From: Stegostoma tigrinum
Lineage: Eukaryota
Assembly (NCBI RefSeq): GCF_030684315.1
Contig: NC_081360.1
Span: 45,021,424 to 45,085,423 of the forward strand
DNA length: 64,000 nt
Direction of reading: 5' to 3'
The notes beneath the pieces were generated by a model. That model worked only from the letters and a program-made list of their open reading frames with translations, did no database searches and was not told the origin of the DNA. The position numbers and the translations under genes are program-made. Numbering within the stretch: position 1 is the first letter of the stretch; each line of letters starts with the position of its first letter. Positions 13,101 through 28,110 of the stretch are shown here, one piece after another.

Positions 13101-14180
13101 TGAAAGGAGAAAATAGCAATAATTTTGAGTTTCGAATCTGATAGCAATATCTATGAAGAGAGGAACAGAGTTAATGTTGAGTCAGATATGACCATGTCAG
13201 ACTTGAAATGTTAACTCTTTTCCCCTTCACAGATGCTGCCAGATTTGATGAGTTTCTCCAGCATTTTCTGTTCTAATTCATAATGGAACTGCACCAATCA
13301 GTGTTATATACAACTTTCTGAATAATATAGTGTTATACCATGGAATCTAATTCCAGTTTTAGCTTGTCGTGAATGTGAAGCTGCACTTCCGAGGAAGTTT
13401 GATGCTGCATTGGTCATTCTCTTTCAGCTGTAACAGTGTATTGACGTTAATGTTGTCAATAGCAGCAAACCTGTCTACGTAAACAGTAGTTCTGTCTGGA
13501 GTCTTTGATCTTGTAACTCTCAGGTTTGTTCCCTCATGGATCGTAAGAGCTTGTTGATCTGTGCATTCTGATTGACTGATACAGGAGGTTCTTGACTTAT
13601 GAACATTCAACTTACAAATGTTGGTAGTTACATATGAGATACCGTTTAGGAGTGTATTAATATTAAGATCTGACACATGAATGTTTCTTCATGCTAATTG
13701 TAACTTTAACCCAGAACAAAGATAAATGATAACAAATGTTAAGAAAAAGCTTCATGACTGCCACTGCTGCCATCATCATTTAATAACAATAGCTGTCACT
13801 AACTTGCTATTACCATTCACTTTTAGGGTCCATGTACTGCTATCAAGTTGTGTTTTGTTGAGTCAAGCACCATTGCCATATGTAAGATACAGCCTGACTA
13901 TTGCCCTATATGTTAGCTCACACAATATATACCACACAGACTTTTTTTCTGAAATGTATTAGTAATACTAACCATTTACATTGGTATAATATCATAGATT
14001 TACATACAGCCTTGGTTCTGTGTTTGCTGATGCTACTGTACATTATATACATAGAGGTGACTGAACGAACATGCCACACTGACTCCATTATACACACCCT
14101 GACGGAAGGTGAGGTGGGTATCTGTGCACTGGAGGGTCACATATCATGATATCATTGTAACTGTTCTAAGACTGTGCTCC

Positions 14181-14390
14181 CTGTGGCCATTGGTTAGATC
14201 AGTTGGCTGGATGGCAGGTTTGTGATGTGGAGTGACGCCATCAGCATTGGTGTAGTTCCTGAACCAGCTGAGGTTACTATGAACCTCACAACCTCACCCC
14301 TTACTAAGATTAAACCATCTCTATCTCCCTCTCTCTTTTCCCTATCACGGGAGAGTAGCTGTATGGTTCTCTGAGGCTATGGTGATTTTA
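14181..14390 (+). mobile_element. tRNA-derived SINE (another family)
   Basis: Similar to 29870-30100 (ttag.tca.ttggctgg...ggtttg..atg..g...cagc.....ttc....cagctga.gttactatgaa). Confidence 0.6.
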
Positions 14391-15743
14391 TGCGCTGCCT
14401 GTCTTATCTGAAATGTACATCACAATTCTTTGAAAATGGTAAAATGATACTTGAATCAAATGCCCTTTTTCAGTTTTAAATGCATGATTTTACTTGCAGC
14501 ATAGTACCTCCTAATTTTGTATTAAGATGGAATTTAAATAGAATAAAAAACTGATAATGCTTAGGCAGGTATAATTTATGAATGAATATCATTTTATTTC
14601 CAATGGATTTCTATCTGGAATTGGGAGGTTAGTGTTTGTGGTGAAAAAGCACATGATAATAGAGATATTTTGCTGAATCAATTGCTATTTCGATACAAAG
14701 TATATTGCACATCCAGACTAACATGTACGCAATACTGTAGTTTAATAGCAAAGATAGGGGAACAAGAGCTATTGACCAGGACCCATTTGAAATTACATTT
14801 GGTAGAGGGAGATTTGAACAAAGACTCAGGGTGCCAATATTCAATTAAAGTGCTTTGATAAACCAAATTTAAGCTACACATGTTGAGACAGATCAGAATA
14901 TTCAGAGTTACAGTCTTTGAAGTTGAATGCTTAAACCTACATGTTTCAATCCCAACCCAGGAATACTTCTATTTCTGTTCAAGAGATCTTAGTGAAGGCT
15001 TAAAATTCTTTAATATGGCTGAACCTTTTTCAATGATTCACTGTTTCCAAGAGTACCTTCAGTAACTTGATGCCTCAAGGTCTCAGTTGCTGCTATCACA
15101 GTGGATATCTCTTTTTCTGTTCCTTTGCTGCCACCTATGCTTACAGTACCTGACCAGTCATGTCTGCTTTATCACGTGATTTTCTGACCTTTTCTTTCTT
15201 ATTCGTTAAACTGATTTTCCCAGAGCTTCCTCTATCCTAGAAACTCAGGGCTCACATTGTCACAACTATTGTGCGAATATAAAAGATGCAAGTAACTTCG
15301 CAATCTAATTAGTATGTACCAAATTTAAAATTAACAGAGGCGCCAAGAAAGCTCCAAACACATATACTTTTCTTTCCATCTTTCGCGCAGTTATTTCAGC
15401 AACCTGCCATGAGAGATGATATTCAGTTTTTTTAATGTGCCATATGCTTATGCTTGAAACATGATTTAAAAGGAAAAAAACAATACAAAGTACTGAGGAT
15501 ATATGTTTTAGTTGTGCTGTCTTTAGTCAATCAATTTGGTTTCCTTAGGGCTAGTGTGGTTAAGATAGTAAGCAGTAAAGTTTATTGTGTACATTCATAC
15601 TTCATTTTGTATCATTGAACCAAACATGTTCTATAATGATATTAAAGTTAGTGTGTAAATCAGGTAATGCACACAATTTAAAAAAAAGACTTCCTCATCC
15701 AAAGAGCTTCATTGCATTGTTTCTATTATCAGGTCAAGCCTGG

Positions 15744-15967
15744 TATCCCCGTGTCTGTGTGGGTTCCCTCTGGGTGCTCCAGTTTCCTCCCACAGTCCAA
15801 ATATGTGCAGGCCAGGTGGATTGGCCATGCTAAATTGCCCATAGTTTTCAGGGATGTGTAGATTAGGTGTGTTTGAGGAATGGGTCTGGGTGGGATGTTC
15901 TGAGAGTCAGTGCGGACTTTGTTGGGCTGAAGGGCCTGTTTCCACACTGTAGGGATTCTATGGAATC
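15744..15967 (+). mobile_element. HE1/V-SINE, 5'-truncated
   Basis: gtttcctcccacagtccaaa.atgtgcagg..aggtggattggccatgctaaattgccc plus tail. Confidence 0.85.
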
Positions 15968-18900
15968 CACATATTCAGAACACATAACCCCTTCACTTGC
16001 AACATTGAAGTGAAGCAAAGAAATAAAATTGCCAAGTGAATGTAGCATGAGAGAATTACAGAAGCAGGTGGATCACTCAGAGAGATGCCTCACAACAAAA
16101 AAGTCATAGAGAATCCTAGGATGGAATTTGATGCCATCCCCTGTGGTGTGTTTGATGGGGATGGGGTATTTAGTCACATTGGAGGGTGACAGGAGGGGAT
16201 ACCAACTCCTTCTTCTTCAAAAAGCGCTGAGTAAGCCCCGGGTCAGCCAGCCTTCCTGCCCTATTGCCAATAAAGCCTCTTGAATGATCAGTAGTTGTGT
16301 ACCTAGGGAGCCAATACTACTTGGTTCACCCAGCATTGGGCAGAGTAGTCGGGGCACGGACGAAACCACAAGCAAGTGAGCAGGTGGGCTTGTCGGGGTA
16401 TAGTGTGAGGGGCCTTCATTCAGTGACACTCAGCATTGGATCAAGGGATCAGCTTTGTATGGGGCAGTGTCATTGAAATGTACGTTCCTGCTGTTGGTGT
16501 TGACCTCCTCACTCCCTTGCTCTGCATCCTGCAACCCTCATCCTGCTATCCCTTACCTGTGGCCTGGGTCCATGACAATCTTGGGTCATGTGTGGTCTCA
16601 GATTACCAGCAGTGATGTTGGTAGGTGGGATTCCAGTCCTGGGGTGGCCTTGATCCCATGGAAAGCCTGAATCTGTCCAGTGAAATGCCTGAGTGGCTCA
16701 TAATGTAGTAGGCCTTCCTGAAGAGAGGTGACAGCAGGTTTTCACTGACTGAGATCCCCATTAACTTCTTTAAGTGCAGGTTTATTAATTATATATCCTA
16801 TTGTAAAAAAGTGTTTTATGCATAAAAAGGGAATATCTACAGACAAAAGACTACATGAATGTCATTTGTTTATTATGAATTGTAGGAGGCATTGTTTCTT
16901 GTTGAATAGACCGTTGCCTTTAAAAGACAGCAACAGTTCATCGAGAGTTGTAATGAAACCTTTGTCTTCATCCATTCACCATCCAGTGGTAGTAAAAGTG
17001 ATAACAAATGGAACAGCTGGTGCTCTGTTCACATCATATTAATAATACATCACATCATTATCACTGATGTGTGGTCAAACTAACAGAGCTTTAGATGCAC
17101 TACTACTATACCTATGAGAGAAAACAACTGTCAACAATGCTCCAGACTATTGAATTAATATCAGCATTAATGATCCTTTGCTTACAGACACAGCCATTTC
17201 TTTACTATAAAATTTGCCTATTGAATTCTAACTTAATTCTCACGAGTTGATGTTACTTGTCAGACATGATCAAATATAATAATAAACCATTTTCACTGAT
17301 AGATGAGTTGCTTTCTGAAAGCTGTTTGAGAATTAACACACATTTTCTGTCATTCTTACATAATCAACACTACTTAATTCAACATAAATGAAAACAAATT
17401 GGACATTTTTTATCGCTTCATCACTCAACGTATCATTCCCAATTTTAAATTATTTTACGTTTATAGATTCCAGATGAAAGTATATTGTGAAAACATCTAT
17501 GGAAAACAGTTTAATGCGAAGGAAGTATCACATTCATTTACATAAAGATACACACAATAGTTTTTTTAAAATAAGTGTCTGGGGTATTTTTCCAATTGCC
17601 TGTAGTGCCATGTAAACCTTGAGAACACTGAAGAACCAATTTTTCAACTGCAACACTCACGCATTTCTGTACTGATGGAGTGGAATCCCAACACTGTGCA
17701 ATTAATTAAATAAATTTCCATGAATGCAGGAGGGCCTATGCAAACAAGTGATTGAGGATTGTCATGATGATAATGGGTCAATATAATGGGCTGCTGCTAT
17801 TACCTTTTTCTTCATCTTTTCATTCTGGTTTATGGTTCTGCCATAAAGATGTCTGGACCACTTGGTAGGACTGCCCATTTCAATAATGAGTTGAAACTGC
17901 TACAGAAAGCTAACAGAGGAAAGTGGTGACATTTGGTGTCAAGGAGATCCTTTGCACCAAATATAATATGCATAAGTCTCACAGGAGTGGCCCCTTGAGT
18001 AAATGCATTGTTCCATAGGCTGAAGGAACAAATGGTGAATACGTTCTCCGGATTGTGGGGGCACAGAGAAGGTGGGCTGATTAAATTATTCCCATTCAAA
18101 GGGAAGAATACTTCTATGTTACATGCACCAGGGACTGGCCACAAAACATGGTGTCACATGAGCTGTGTAGTCTGGAAAGCACCACACTTGTCTCTTGTTT
18201 CTTGAAGAGTCATATCTGACATATAATGCTAACTCTGCTTCTTTTCCTGCGGATGCTGTCAGACCTGCTGAAATTCTCCAGTACTTTCAGTTTTAGTTCA
18301 GATCTCCAGCATTCTCAGTGTTTTGCTTTTATTACAGTTGCTTCTGCTGCTGATGCAGTTCTCAGAATGGAATGGCATATCCGATGCAACCAAAAGCTGT
18401 ATAAAGTAATAGTTTGTTTGTGTCTTTTTTTTCGGTGAAGGGTATATGGAAATTTCAGATGTTGGAAAACAGTCAAGGTTTAATAAAGGCAGTATTGATT
18501 CCTGTAACAAAATAAGAAATATTATTACTTCTTTTGATTATTAACTCTTATTTCCATCATGTGCATACAGCTTTCTTCCTCTACATGAACTCTCCTTCCT
18601 CCTTTCAGTCCATGATTTTCATTGACAAGGCCTGATGAATGAAAAAATATGGGTTCCTAGCTGATATCAGCAGTGGTGCTCTGATTACAAATCTTATACG
18701 GGATCTGGAAAAGCAAGCAGACAGTAATACTACCAAAAGATTATAGCGCAGTCACAACAGAAGATCAAGTCAAGTACAACAGCAACTTCAAACCTTCCAA
18801 TGAGGTGTGAAGCTAAAAATCTGTTGAAGGAGAACATCCCAATACAGAACCTCCACGAGAGCATTACAAATCTTTCAGGGTTGGAAGCAGACCATTGTAC

Positions 18901-21154
18901 TTGCATGCCATTGAAAAACACTAAGGGGTGTCTACTCAATGAACAATGACATTTTTTCCCTAACCATACCCCTCCCTAATCTTAACATAGCGATCCTTAC
19001 AGAGAAATATGCCAGAACAGTAAATTAGAATTGTCCTGTCCTATTTTCCAACACATTTCTGTCACAGTAATGACAGAAGTACAGTAGAAGTGATAAATGT
19101 TTGGGCTCAGGCTGGATACAAATCTAAAATCCACATTGTGGTTTTAGCAGAACAAGAGGCTTTTTGAGAAAATTGTAAATATTTTCAATAATAATTCAAA
19201 GTAAACTGTGATCACGTTTGTTGTAAAGTGCATTTTTCTTTGTTTCAGTCCTTATTTTGCATATAAGGAATGTTATTGAGAAAATGGTGACTAGAAGAAA
19301 TTTCAGAAAGCATTTTGAATGATTGTTGGAAAACGTGTGGTCAAATTGTATAATCTCAGTATAATATATATTAACCATGAAGTAAAGCCTTTTGTACATT
19401 TAACACTGAAAATGTTCAACACAGTATCAAATGCAAGGACAACGATAGATTTGTGACCAGGTACTGGAGGACACTGCAAATAATATTTCTTTTGCTATTT
19501 TTAATTATGCCTCACGGATTTAGTTACAAAAATGCAGACAAAGTATAATCCAGAAATTGTGACATTTCCAGTCATTTAATCGCTGATGGTACTATCAGTG
19601 TTCGAAGGCTGCATTAGTTCTCCATCGTATGGCACCTTCATGAATGATTCTGCACAGTGAATGACTACCACATCTGTGTGCTTAATTTCTCTCAATTGTC
19701 AAAGTCCTCCCTTTTGCATCTAACAAAACTGAAAACAATTTTAGCTTCTCTACTGTCAACCTAGCTGTATTCAATATACTTTGAAGTAACAATATAAGCT
19801 TAAATGACAAATTCAGTTCTCCTATATAGTTTGACTTTATGGGTGAGGGAATTTTATCATGAGAGACCCAAACACAGCAGGGAGGCCAGTAGCGTGTCGG
19901 AAACCAGTTTGTTCTGTCAGCAGTTTTTGTTCCTTAACTTAGCCAGAGTACTAATGTGCCATTTCTGAGTTTCAGAAGGGATGGTTAGGATGTCAGTCTG
20001 AATCTGTCGAAGGAAAGATTTCTGATTAAAGGTACCCTGCCATTCTTTAGAGTGACTAGAACGGACATTGATTCCTGTGAATTCAGGGCTGCAGAGTAGA
20101 CCTGGGAAAGTGGGCCCTGTATCTGAGTCACTTACCTGGAGTTCCTGATGTGAGATCTGTGGGAGAATGAAAAATGGGATGATGTTTTCGAAGGAAAGGA
20201 GGGAGGGGCCAAGTCAAGAAGATGGGATGCAAGTGACCAAGGAACTGAGCAGAAAAGATGTGGTCCCTTCAACCTGAAGTCCATGTACTGAGGATCTAGG
20301 AACTCAGGAGGTCAAGAAAGATGAGCAACATAGCCCTTTCAGTGCCAAGCCCCTCACTGACATGGCAACATCCTTCAATACAATTCTTACAACCCCACTC
20401 ACTTGTCTCTCTACAGGCATCTCCTCATACCCTCAACAGTCAACACTCACTTACCTTCAATGTTGTGCATTTTCACACCCATGTCTCACAATCCCTCTCT
20501 ACAAATGTTGTCTTTCTCACATCCCTGTTATTCCAGGCTTTAAAAGAGCTAATACTTGGCACTGTGCAAATAACACCTCCAATAATGTCACTGTAAGCAA
20601 ACACATGATTGAGAGGTTTAGAGGGACAATAATCATGGGTTCAGCATGGTAAGACATACCAACTGCATGTAGATTCTTAAGGTTCAATAAACTGGTTATG
20701 TTTGAATATACTAATGATTCAGTAATCCCTCTGAAGCAAGATTCACCAATGTGCAACATTCTCCACAATCCATTTTACCTACTCTTGTGTTTCTCTCATT
20801 AGAGAAGAAGAGTAAAGGACTGTAGGGAAAGCCAGAGAACTGGATAGGGAGTGGGGATTACTGGCCCAGTGTTAACTGTTTTGAAAGCTACAGGCAGTAT
20901 ATGCCCACCTTGTCCAATTGGAAAGTTTGCTGCAGGTATCTACAGACATGAGTCATGAAAGCCTGAGGCATTTGTACTCAAACATGGTAAGATAGTTAGT
21001 CCTCTGCATTATTGAGCTTATGTTGGGGGTCGCACCTCCATTGAACTGAATTTCATTTTTGTAGAGCAGTGCACAGTTGAGAAGAAATTAATTGCTGGAG
21101 CAGCTGGTACTTATCCTCTTGTTCTTAATCAGAAGTACAGTGAATGCTTATTTT

Positions 21155-21960
21155 TATTCAGCCATGGGATGTGTATTGCGAGCTTTTGTTGCTCATTCCT
21201 AAATGCTCCTGAGCACATGATGATGATCTAAATTCTTGCATCACAGCAGTCCTTAGGATATAGGGACACCCACAGTGTTGTTATGAAGAGGTGTAATGTT
21301 TGAACCTTCAGCTTTTTTTTTATTTTCTTCTCAAAACTAAGTAGGTCTGCAACACGTAACTATTAATCTTATTTCATATGTTTTACACTAGACATAATTA
21401 CTGCAATGTTTAATTTTTAACCTTGTTCTTTCTTTCTGCCTTGTTCTTAAGATTCTGTACCTAGATACCTATACCTAAGATAACACATTGTGTGGCAACA
21501 TTATACACTTTTCACCGTACTCCTGTACTTTTGTACTTGAATATGTGACAATGAAATCACAATCTAAATCGAGGGAGTTCCAGGATTTTACCCAAATGAA
21601 TTAAAAGGACAACGATCTAATTCTAAGTCAGGATGATGTGTGGCTTAGAGGTAAACTTGCATGTTTTGGTGCTCCTATATGTCTGCTGCCTTCATCATTC
21701 TAGATGGTAAAGCTTGTGGTTTTGGAAGATGCTGTTGAAGGAGCCTTGGAGAATTACTGTAGTGGACCTTGGAAATAATGCATGCAATTGTCATTGTATG
21801 TCAATGGTGAAGGGAGAGAACATTGAAAGTGTTACACGGGATGCCAACCAGATGCAATTGAATGTCTTGGGGTGCTGGTTAGATTCTCTTGAAAGTAGTC
21901 ATTGACTGGACTGAATATTACTTACTATTTATCAGCTCAAGCATAAACTGCTTGGATGCT
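21155..21960 (-). mobile_element. Degenerate LINE 3' end (second family) interrupted by a + strand non-autonomous repeat at about 21295-21570
   Basis: Resembles 9510-9850 on both sides of the insert. Confidence 0.55.
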
Positions 21961-24900
21961 GTCCTGAAAGCGAGCAGGTGAAGTTTGGTGTAGATCTAAG
22001 AAGTTGGAAATTATCTGTCAAGAACGAGAACACATTCTTAGAAAAAGTGCAGTGAGCCCCAGGCTCTTGCCAAAGCAGAATAGCAGCCATTCAGTTTCGA
22101 GAGTTTGAAGGATTCCCAGCCTGCCATTTTCACCTTGTCAGATCCACTTCATTGCTGTGTTCTCATTTGGTTGACCCTAAAAGCACCCATCCAGCTCAGG
22201 GAGCCTAAGCACTGGCTGGTCAAGACAGCATTTGGGTTCAATCAGACTGAATGGCTTAATTACACACCCGACAGCTCCACCAAAGATCTCCGCTCCCCCT
22301 AAACATGCCTCAGTTAAATGTGGAAGACTGTGGATCACGTGGTGCTCCTAACTAGATGCCACCTTTTGCCATCTTGCCCCTTCCCCTCACCACTCTTCAT
22401 GTACCAAACCTGCAGTTACGATTCTGTCCAATGTTGTGAATGGTTTCCTAGATTACTTTGCATTATTCATCCTCCATAAACTTGAATTCATCCAACACTC
22501 TGCTGTCCATCTTCTAACTCGTAAAATGTCTGTTCATCAACATTATCGAATGTAGCCTTCCAGTTAAGCAATTTTTAAGTTTTCATCCTTGTTCTCAAAT
22601 TCCTCTCTGGCCTTGGCCCTCACAGTCTCTGAAATCTTCTCCAGCCTAGCAATCTTCTGAGGCCACTAAATTCTTCCTCTTTAATCACTGTAGCATTGGT
22701 GTGCATACCTTCAGTTGCATAGGTCACTTTGAAATTTCCTCCCTAAACTTCCTTGCCTCTCTACCTCATTCAATTCCTTAAAGATATGCATTAAAACCTA
22801 CTTATATGAAGAAGGAAGTGCTTAGTCAGCTGTGTTAATAACTGCTAAAGTAGCTTTCACAAATTTTCTCTGTTACATTTAAGCCCCTCAAGATGTTTTC
22901 CTATGTTAAAGGCGCTGTACAAATGTAAGTTGTCATTGTGCTTGATTTCGGGCTAAATATGCAATGAAAGCCTTATCTCTGTCTTAAGTATAACAAAAAT
23001 TATTCCCTTCACATTGATTTATTTTGCTTTCATGCATATGGAATATTGTAGTGTAGAATAAACGGGAAAGCAAAATAAACTCTATGCTTTTACATAGACT
23101 ACCCTTTTGCTAGACTTCTCAATTACACAACTAGGACCAGGTAATAAAGTCATTCATAACATAATACACCTTAAAACTAAAATATTTTACTTTCTGAAAT
23201 GAATGGGGTGATTACTTCAGTACCTCATTTTATCAAATTAATGTCTATGCGCATTGAATCAAATGGATTTGATCAATGAAATGCTGGAATAATTTTCTAA
23301 AGTTGCTAAACATGCCACATCTTCAATTAATTTCAGGGATGTTATTAATAAATATTCAATTATCTTTGACCTTGCCCCCACGTAAAAGCTACCTCCACCC
23401 TCGGAAAAAAGTCTCTGGCTGTCTACTCTATCTATACCTCTGATCATTTTGTAACCATTACTCATCATTCTTTTTCACCTAGTATGTTGGAAGGATTAGC
23501 AAACCACACTCTATGTGATATACTGGCAGGGATCATGAAAACCTGCCATCACAAGTAAGTATATTAATAGTCTTGAAGTATTACAGTTTTAAATAATTGT
23601 TACTTTGACATGGTACTTTCATAAATAAGCTGTTCTATTGTGAAATAATCAACACATTACAAAGTTGCCAAACATCCTCCTTTTAGACACTAATACAACC
23701 TTTGCTCTAATAATTCCAATACTGTAAGCAACTTAAATGTTTTAAAATAATTGCTCAAGTATAGGGGCCACAATGTCAATTATAGTTTATATTAGGAAAG
23801 ATGTAATTCTGTAAATATAATTATCATTGACTAAATTGCCCTCATTGCAATTTTTATAACTTCTTCAGATACAGTACTTTCTCTTTCTAGCTTCTGATTT
23901 TCTCAGATTGAATTCAATACAAAACTCTGGGCAACATACAGTTTATGGAGATCTCTTCCACAGACAGCAACAGGGGCAGGACCATTGAACATTTTTAAAG
24001 CTGAATTAGACAGATTCTGGACTGACAAGGGAGTCAGGGGTTGGACGATAGACAGGAAAGTGGAGGACACAATCCTCCACAGCTGCGTTCTTTTCAGATT
24101 TAGGTTGAGTTTCCTACTCATGGTCCAAATTTGTATGCATGATTGCTTTTATGCAAAACTTGACTGGAACACTCAAAATGTTTACTTCTGAGGATCTAAG
24201 ATTGAAAGGAAACATTTTTAACATCAGCAAGTAACATGTCCACAAGACATTCCTTTGTATGCTGTTTTAACAAACATTTAAAAGAGAACCTACTTCAAAA
24301 TAGATTTTGACCAAGTCAGGCCAGATTGTATGATGTCAAGGTAATATAGGATAAGAATAAAATTGCATCTATTGCCTGCCACTAATATTGACAACAAACA
24401 TTCCTTAACTAAAAGAAAACTGCTGTAGGTCATGTAATTAAAGTAAACTCAAAGAGTTGCATTTCTACATGAACCAAACTTCAATAATTAAAACAAAATA
24501 TATGCAATTATAAGTTGAATAGTAATATGTAAGGACAAGGAATAATTGCAATTCTCACTTAGAAGAACACAATATCTAACGTGTCCATTAAACATCAGCA
24601 ACAGAGACATGAACTAGTTCGAAGCAACTTGATTAGAAAATGAATGAAATTGCACAATTAAAATTGATCTGCATGGAAAAAATATCAAAAGTGTAGGTGG
24701 ATTTGATAATAGCAAAAACAATGAGGAAGAGCTCTGTTTATTCAGAGCCCCAAGATATCTCTCTCAGAGTGTGAAATGATACACATTAATCATGTAATAT
24801 TGACAAAGTTATTCCTGAGACACGTGTTTATCTACTTCAGTGCTGCTGCTGGTTTCACAGGAAGATTAACCATTTCACAGGAGGTACTGTAATATGGAAA

Positions 24901-27900
24901 TTTAAGTGGTTATTCTTTCTCTGCCATCATTGTAATGTTCCTGTCTTCTTGTTTTTGCATTTTCCTCAGTTAGTGTCCCCCCAGACTAAATACTAATGAT
25001 TCTTAAGAATGGCAAACAGGAAAGCGACTTGTTCTAACTGGGGCACTGTCTGAGTTTCCATCCTCTTACCATCCATTCAGTAACTATCATAGAAGTTTGG
25101 TGAATCATGGCAACAGCATAATGAGAGCTATAAATCTGTTTCCTTTGCTGTAGCAATGCATGCATGTAAATACACCTTTCAACTAGACTCAAATTTTAAT
25201 TATAGATTTCCAGGTTTACTCTACAAGTAGTGCAAGTCTGAAGCACTTACATTATAATTGTATAAGCAGTTGTTACTTGAGAATCATTCAGTTACTATTG
25301 CCTGTGTAATATTCAGCCAGTGCAGAAAAATCTGGTACAGGGATTCCATTCAAAATTGTTTTATCGTGTTTCAAATACTATTTTTTTAAACAAGTCAGCA
25401 CGGATCTGTGCAGTGCAAAATAATTTCTTTTCACAAGGGGCAGTTACATGAATTACTTTCATCCACAGTTGAGAGTTGATTGTTGGAATTCTTGACATAT
25501 GGGGGACTATATTGGATAGTCCTCAAGAGCAGACATAGGGTTCATGATGCACAGTTCACCCACTGAAAACAGGCAGCACACCAGCTTTAATTTCTGTATG
25601 TGGCCAGCAATAACTATGCTGTTCATTGGCTGCACACATCACTGGGCAGTGGAAAATTTTAAGTTTTGAGCACCACTTAAAGCGAGAATGTAATGCTGAA
25701 AGTTATCCTGCGCTGTTTAAATGCAGCCTTAGCTGCTTAAAGTTAACCTTTACTGCTTACCGCTCGCCTGCAATGCTTAAATGTGGCCGGCACTGTTTAA
25801 AGGTAGCCTGTATTGCTTAAAGATGGCAATGGGAATAGGGTAATGAAAAGGCATTGAGGTGTTTGATTAGTCATGATCATAGTAAATCGCAGTGCAAGTT
25901 CAATGGCCTGAATGGCCACTTGTCTTCCTATGAACCTGCGTGACGCACTGTGTTTGATCTCATTCTAAGTAGAAATTGAAAGTGGAGTTTTTGAAGATTC
26001 ATTCGTGGGAGAGGGGCATCACTGGTTAGGCCAGCATTCATTGCTCTTCCTCAGTTGCCTAGAGGGCAGTTAAGAGTCAACCACATTTCTATGGATTTGG
26101 AGTCACCTGTAGGTATAAACAGGTAAGAATGGCAGGCTTCCCTAAAGGACAGGAGTGAAACATTTCCTTTTGATTTGGGGCAGAGATGCCAATGCAAAGT
26201 GTAAAACATATAAAATTTAAAAGCCCATCACTCTCAGCCACTGCCAATGAACTCCTGGCTTTCCTCCAAGACTGAAATTGGCAAATTTCCATAAGGACAT
26301 CTTCATTGAACTACAAATGTCTCACATATTGTTCCTCTTTAAGGCTCAGGTAGGAGAATTGTTCCTTGAACTCCCATGGCTAAGTATGCCAATGAGCTGA
26401 GAATCTCACCTTCTCTCCTTTATAGACATAGAACATAGAAAATTACAGCACAGTACAGGCCCTTCGGCCCTCGATGTTGTGCCGACCTGTCATACCAATC
26501 TCAAGCCCATCTAACCTACACTATTCCATGTACGTCCATATGCTTAACACGTTTTCCTTCATTCATTCTCCAAGTCATGAGGAATTCCAAGAGGAATGCT
26601 GACTGGTCCATTCATATCTCAGAGTAACTGATCAGTGCAGAATCCTTAATGTTAACAAAAGGTCCTTCAACACCTGTCAACCCATTTCCTTAGACTCTTG
26701 CAACTTGCAAGAATTATGGAAAGCCTCCACCTAATGCTTCTCATTATTTCAATCAATCTGCTCAGACTTGCTGTGATGCCCCACCAGGGAGGATGAGCCT
26801 TGAAACTGAATGTTCTCCTAGAGGAAGGAGATGTAACCATTGAATCACAAGATTGTGCTGTCAGTATTACAGATATTTATTGTTAGCAAATACTTTTAAC
26901 CATCTTGTTAAGACACAAATCCAGGGCTGATAAGACAAGAACCTGGACTTTCCTGACCTACACATTACCATTGTGCAGCAAGAGCCCTCAATAAAAAGAA
27001 CTTGGCTGATGACTTGTATCCAATGTTTGGTGAAAGATATTATATGAAGATGCCTGGTCCTTAAGTTGGTCTTAATATTTTTAATCAACCTGTTCTGGTT
27101 ATGACACACCTCTAGAGCTGGGGCGGGGTGGTCTTCGGGTACAGAGGTAGTGACATTAACAAGGCATCACTCTAAGCTCACTAATAAAGTGTTCCGAGAT
27201 GTTATTACCATTATACATCTCTGGAGCAGGTGGGACTTGAACATGAGACTTGAACCTGGGCCTAATGTGTAGGACATTCCCACTGCACCATAAGAGCCCC
27301 TCCCCAACATGTTAAAACTGTGCCAGCAGCCAGAAAACATCAAAGAGCAAACTAGCTTGCAAGTAGCTGATGATCCCTTTAAGTAACAACGGTGAGAGAC
27401 CCTTCCTTTTGCTTTATGTATGTTCAACTCTGAGGTTATAAGAATGACTTGAGAGATGAGCTCCAAAATGGAACAGCTGCTATAAATTCCAACTTGCATT
27501 GTTGATTCTTGTCATGATCTATTCGCTCTGTATTTTTTGAATAGAAATAAACTGCATATGTTGTGATGTCTTCATCAAGTCAACAGAGAGCATAATTTGG
27601 AGTAGATTTATGCCCAATGAATGCACTTTAGTTCTGACATGGTCCCGTAGCAAATATAAAATAGGCATCTAATTTTGCCATCCCATGTTAGACCTCTTAC
27701 ACATACCAAAGAATAAGACTGGAATCCAATTATCTCTATGCCCACATTCAGTCACAGTCTACATATGAAGCTAAATGAGTGACAATAACCAAACGTAAGT
27801 TAAATGACTTGTGTCCATGCCAATATCAGAACTCAATCTATTCTTTAAGGTTGTCTGGTGCAGATAAGATGTTTAGTCAGACCAGCTTACGGAAAAACTT

Positions 27901-27944
27901 GTTTAACTTCAAAATAACATGGTGCAGAATTTTTACAATCATAT

Positions 27945-28110
27945 CTAGGCTCTTATAGCACAGTGGTGATATCCCTGCCTCTGAGCCACTAGAGCAAGGT
28001 TCAAGTCCTACCTGGATAACAAAGTGTGGAGCTGGATGAACACAGCAAGCCAAGCAGCATCTTAGGAGCACTTCAGAGGTATGCTGTAACGTTTCTGAAT
28101 AGTTTGAATA
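27945..28110 (+). mobile_element. Short tRNA-like SINE (other copies on the minus strand near 26890-26995, 27195-27300, 51580-51680)
   Basis: ggctctt..ag.gcagtgg...tccct.cctctgagcca...ggttcaagtcc.acctg head. Confidence 0.6.
28015..28070 (-). mobile_element. 56-bp PLE pseudo-LTR fragment inserted in a tRNA-SINE
   Basis: Reverse complement of tgctcctaagatgctgcttggc..gctgtgttcatccagctccacac..tgttatc, as seen at 52162-52217. Confidence 0.75.

Noticed and set aside
13359-13676. 105-aa minus-strand ORF
   Set aside because: No recognisable motif or convincing splice context; possibly old transposon debris.
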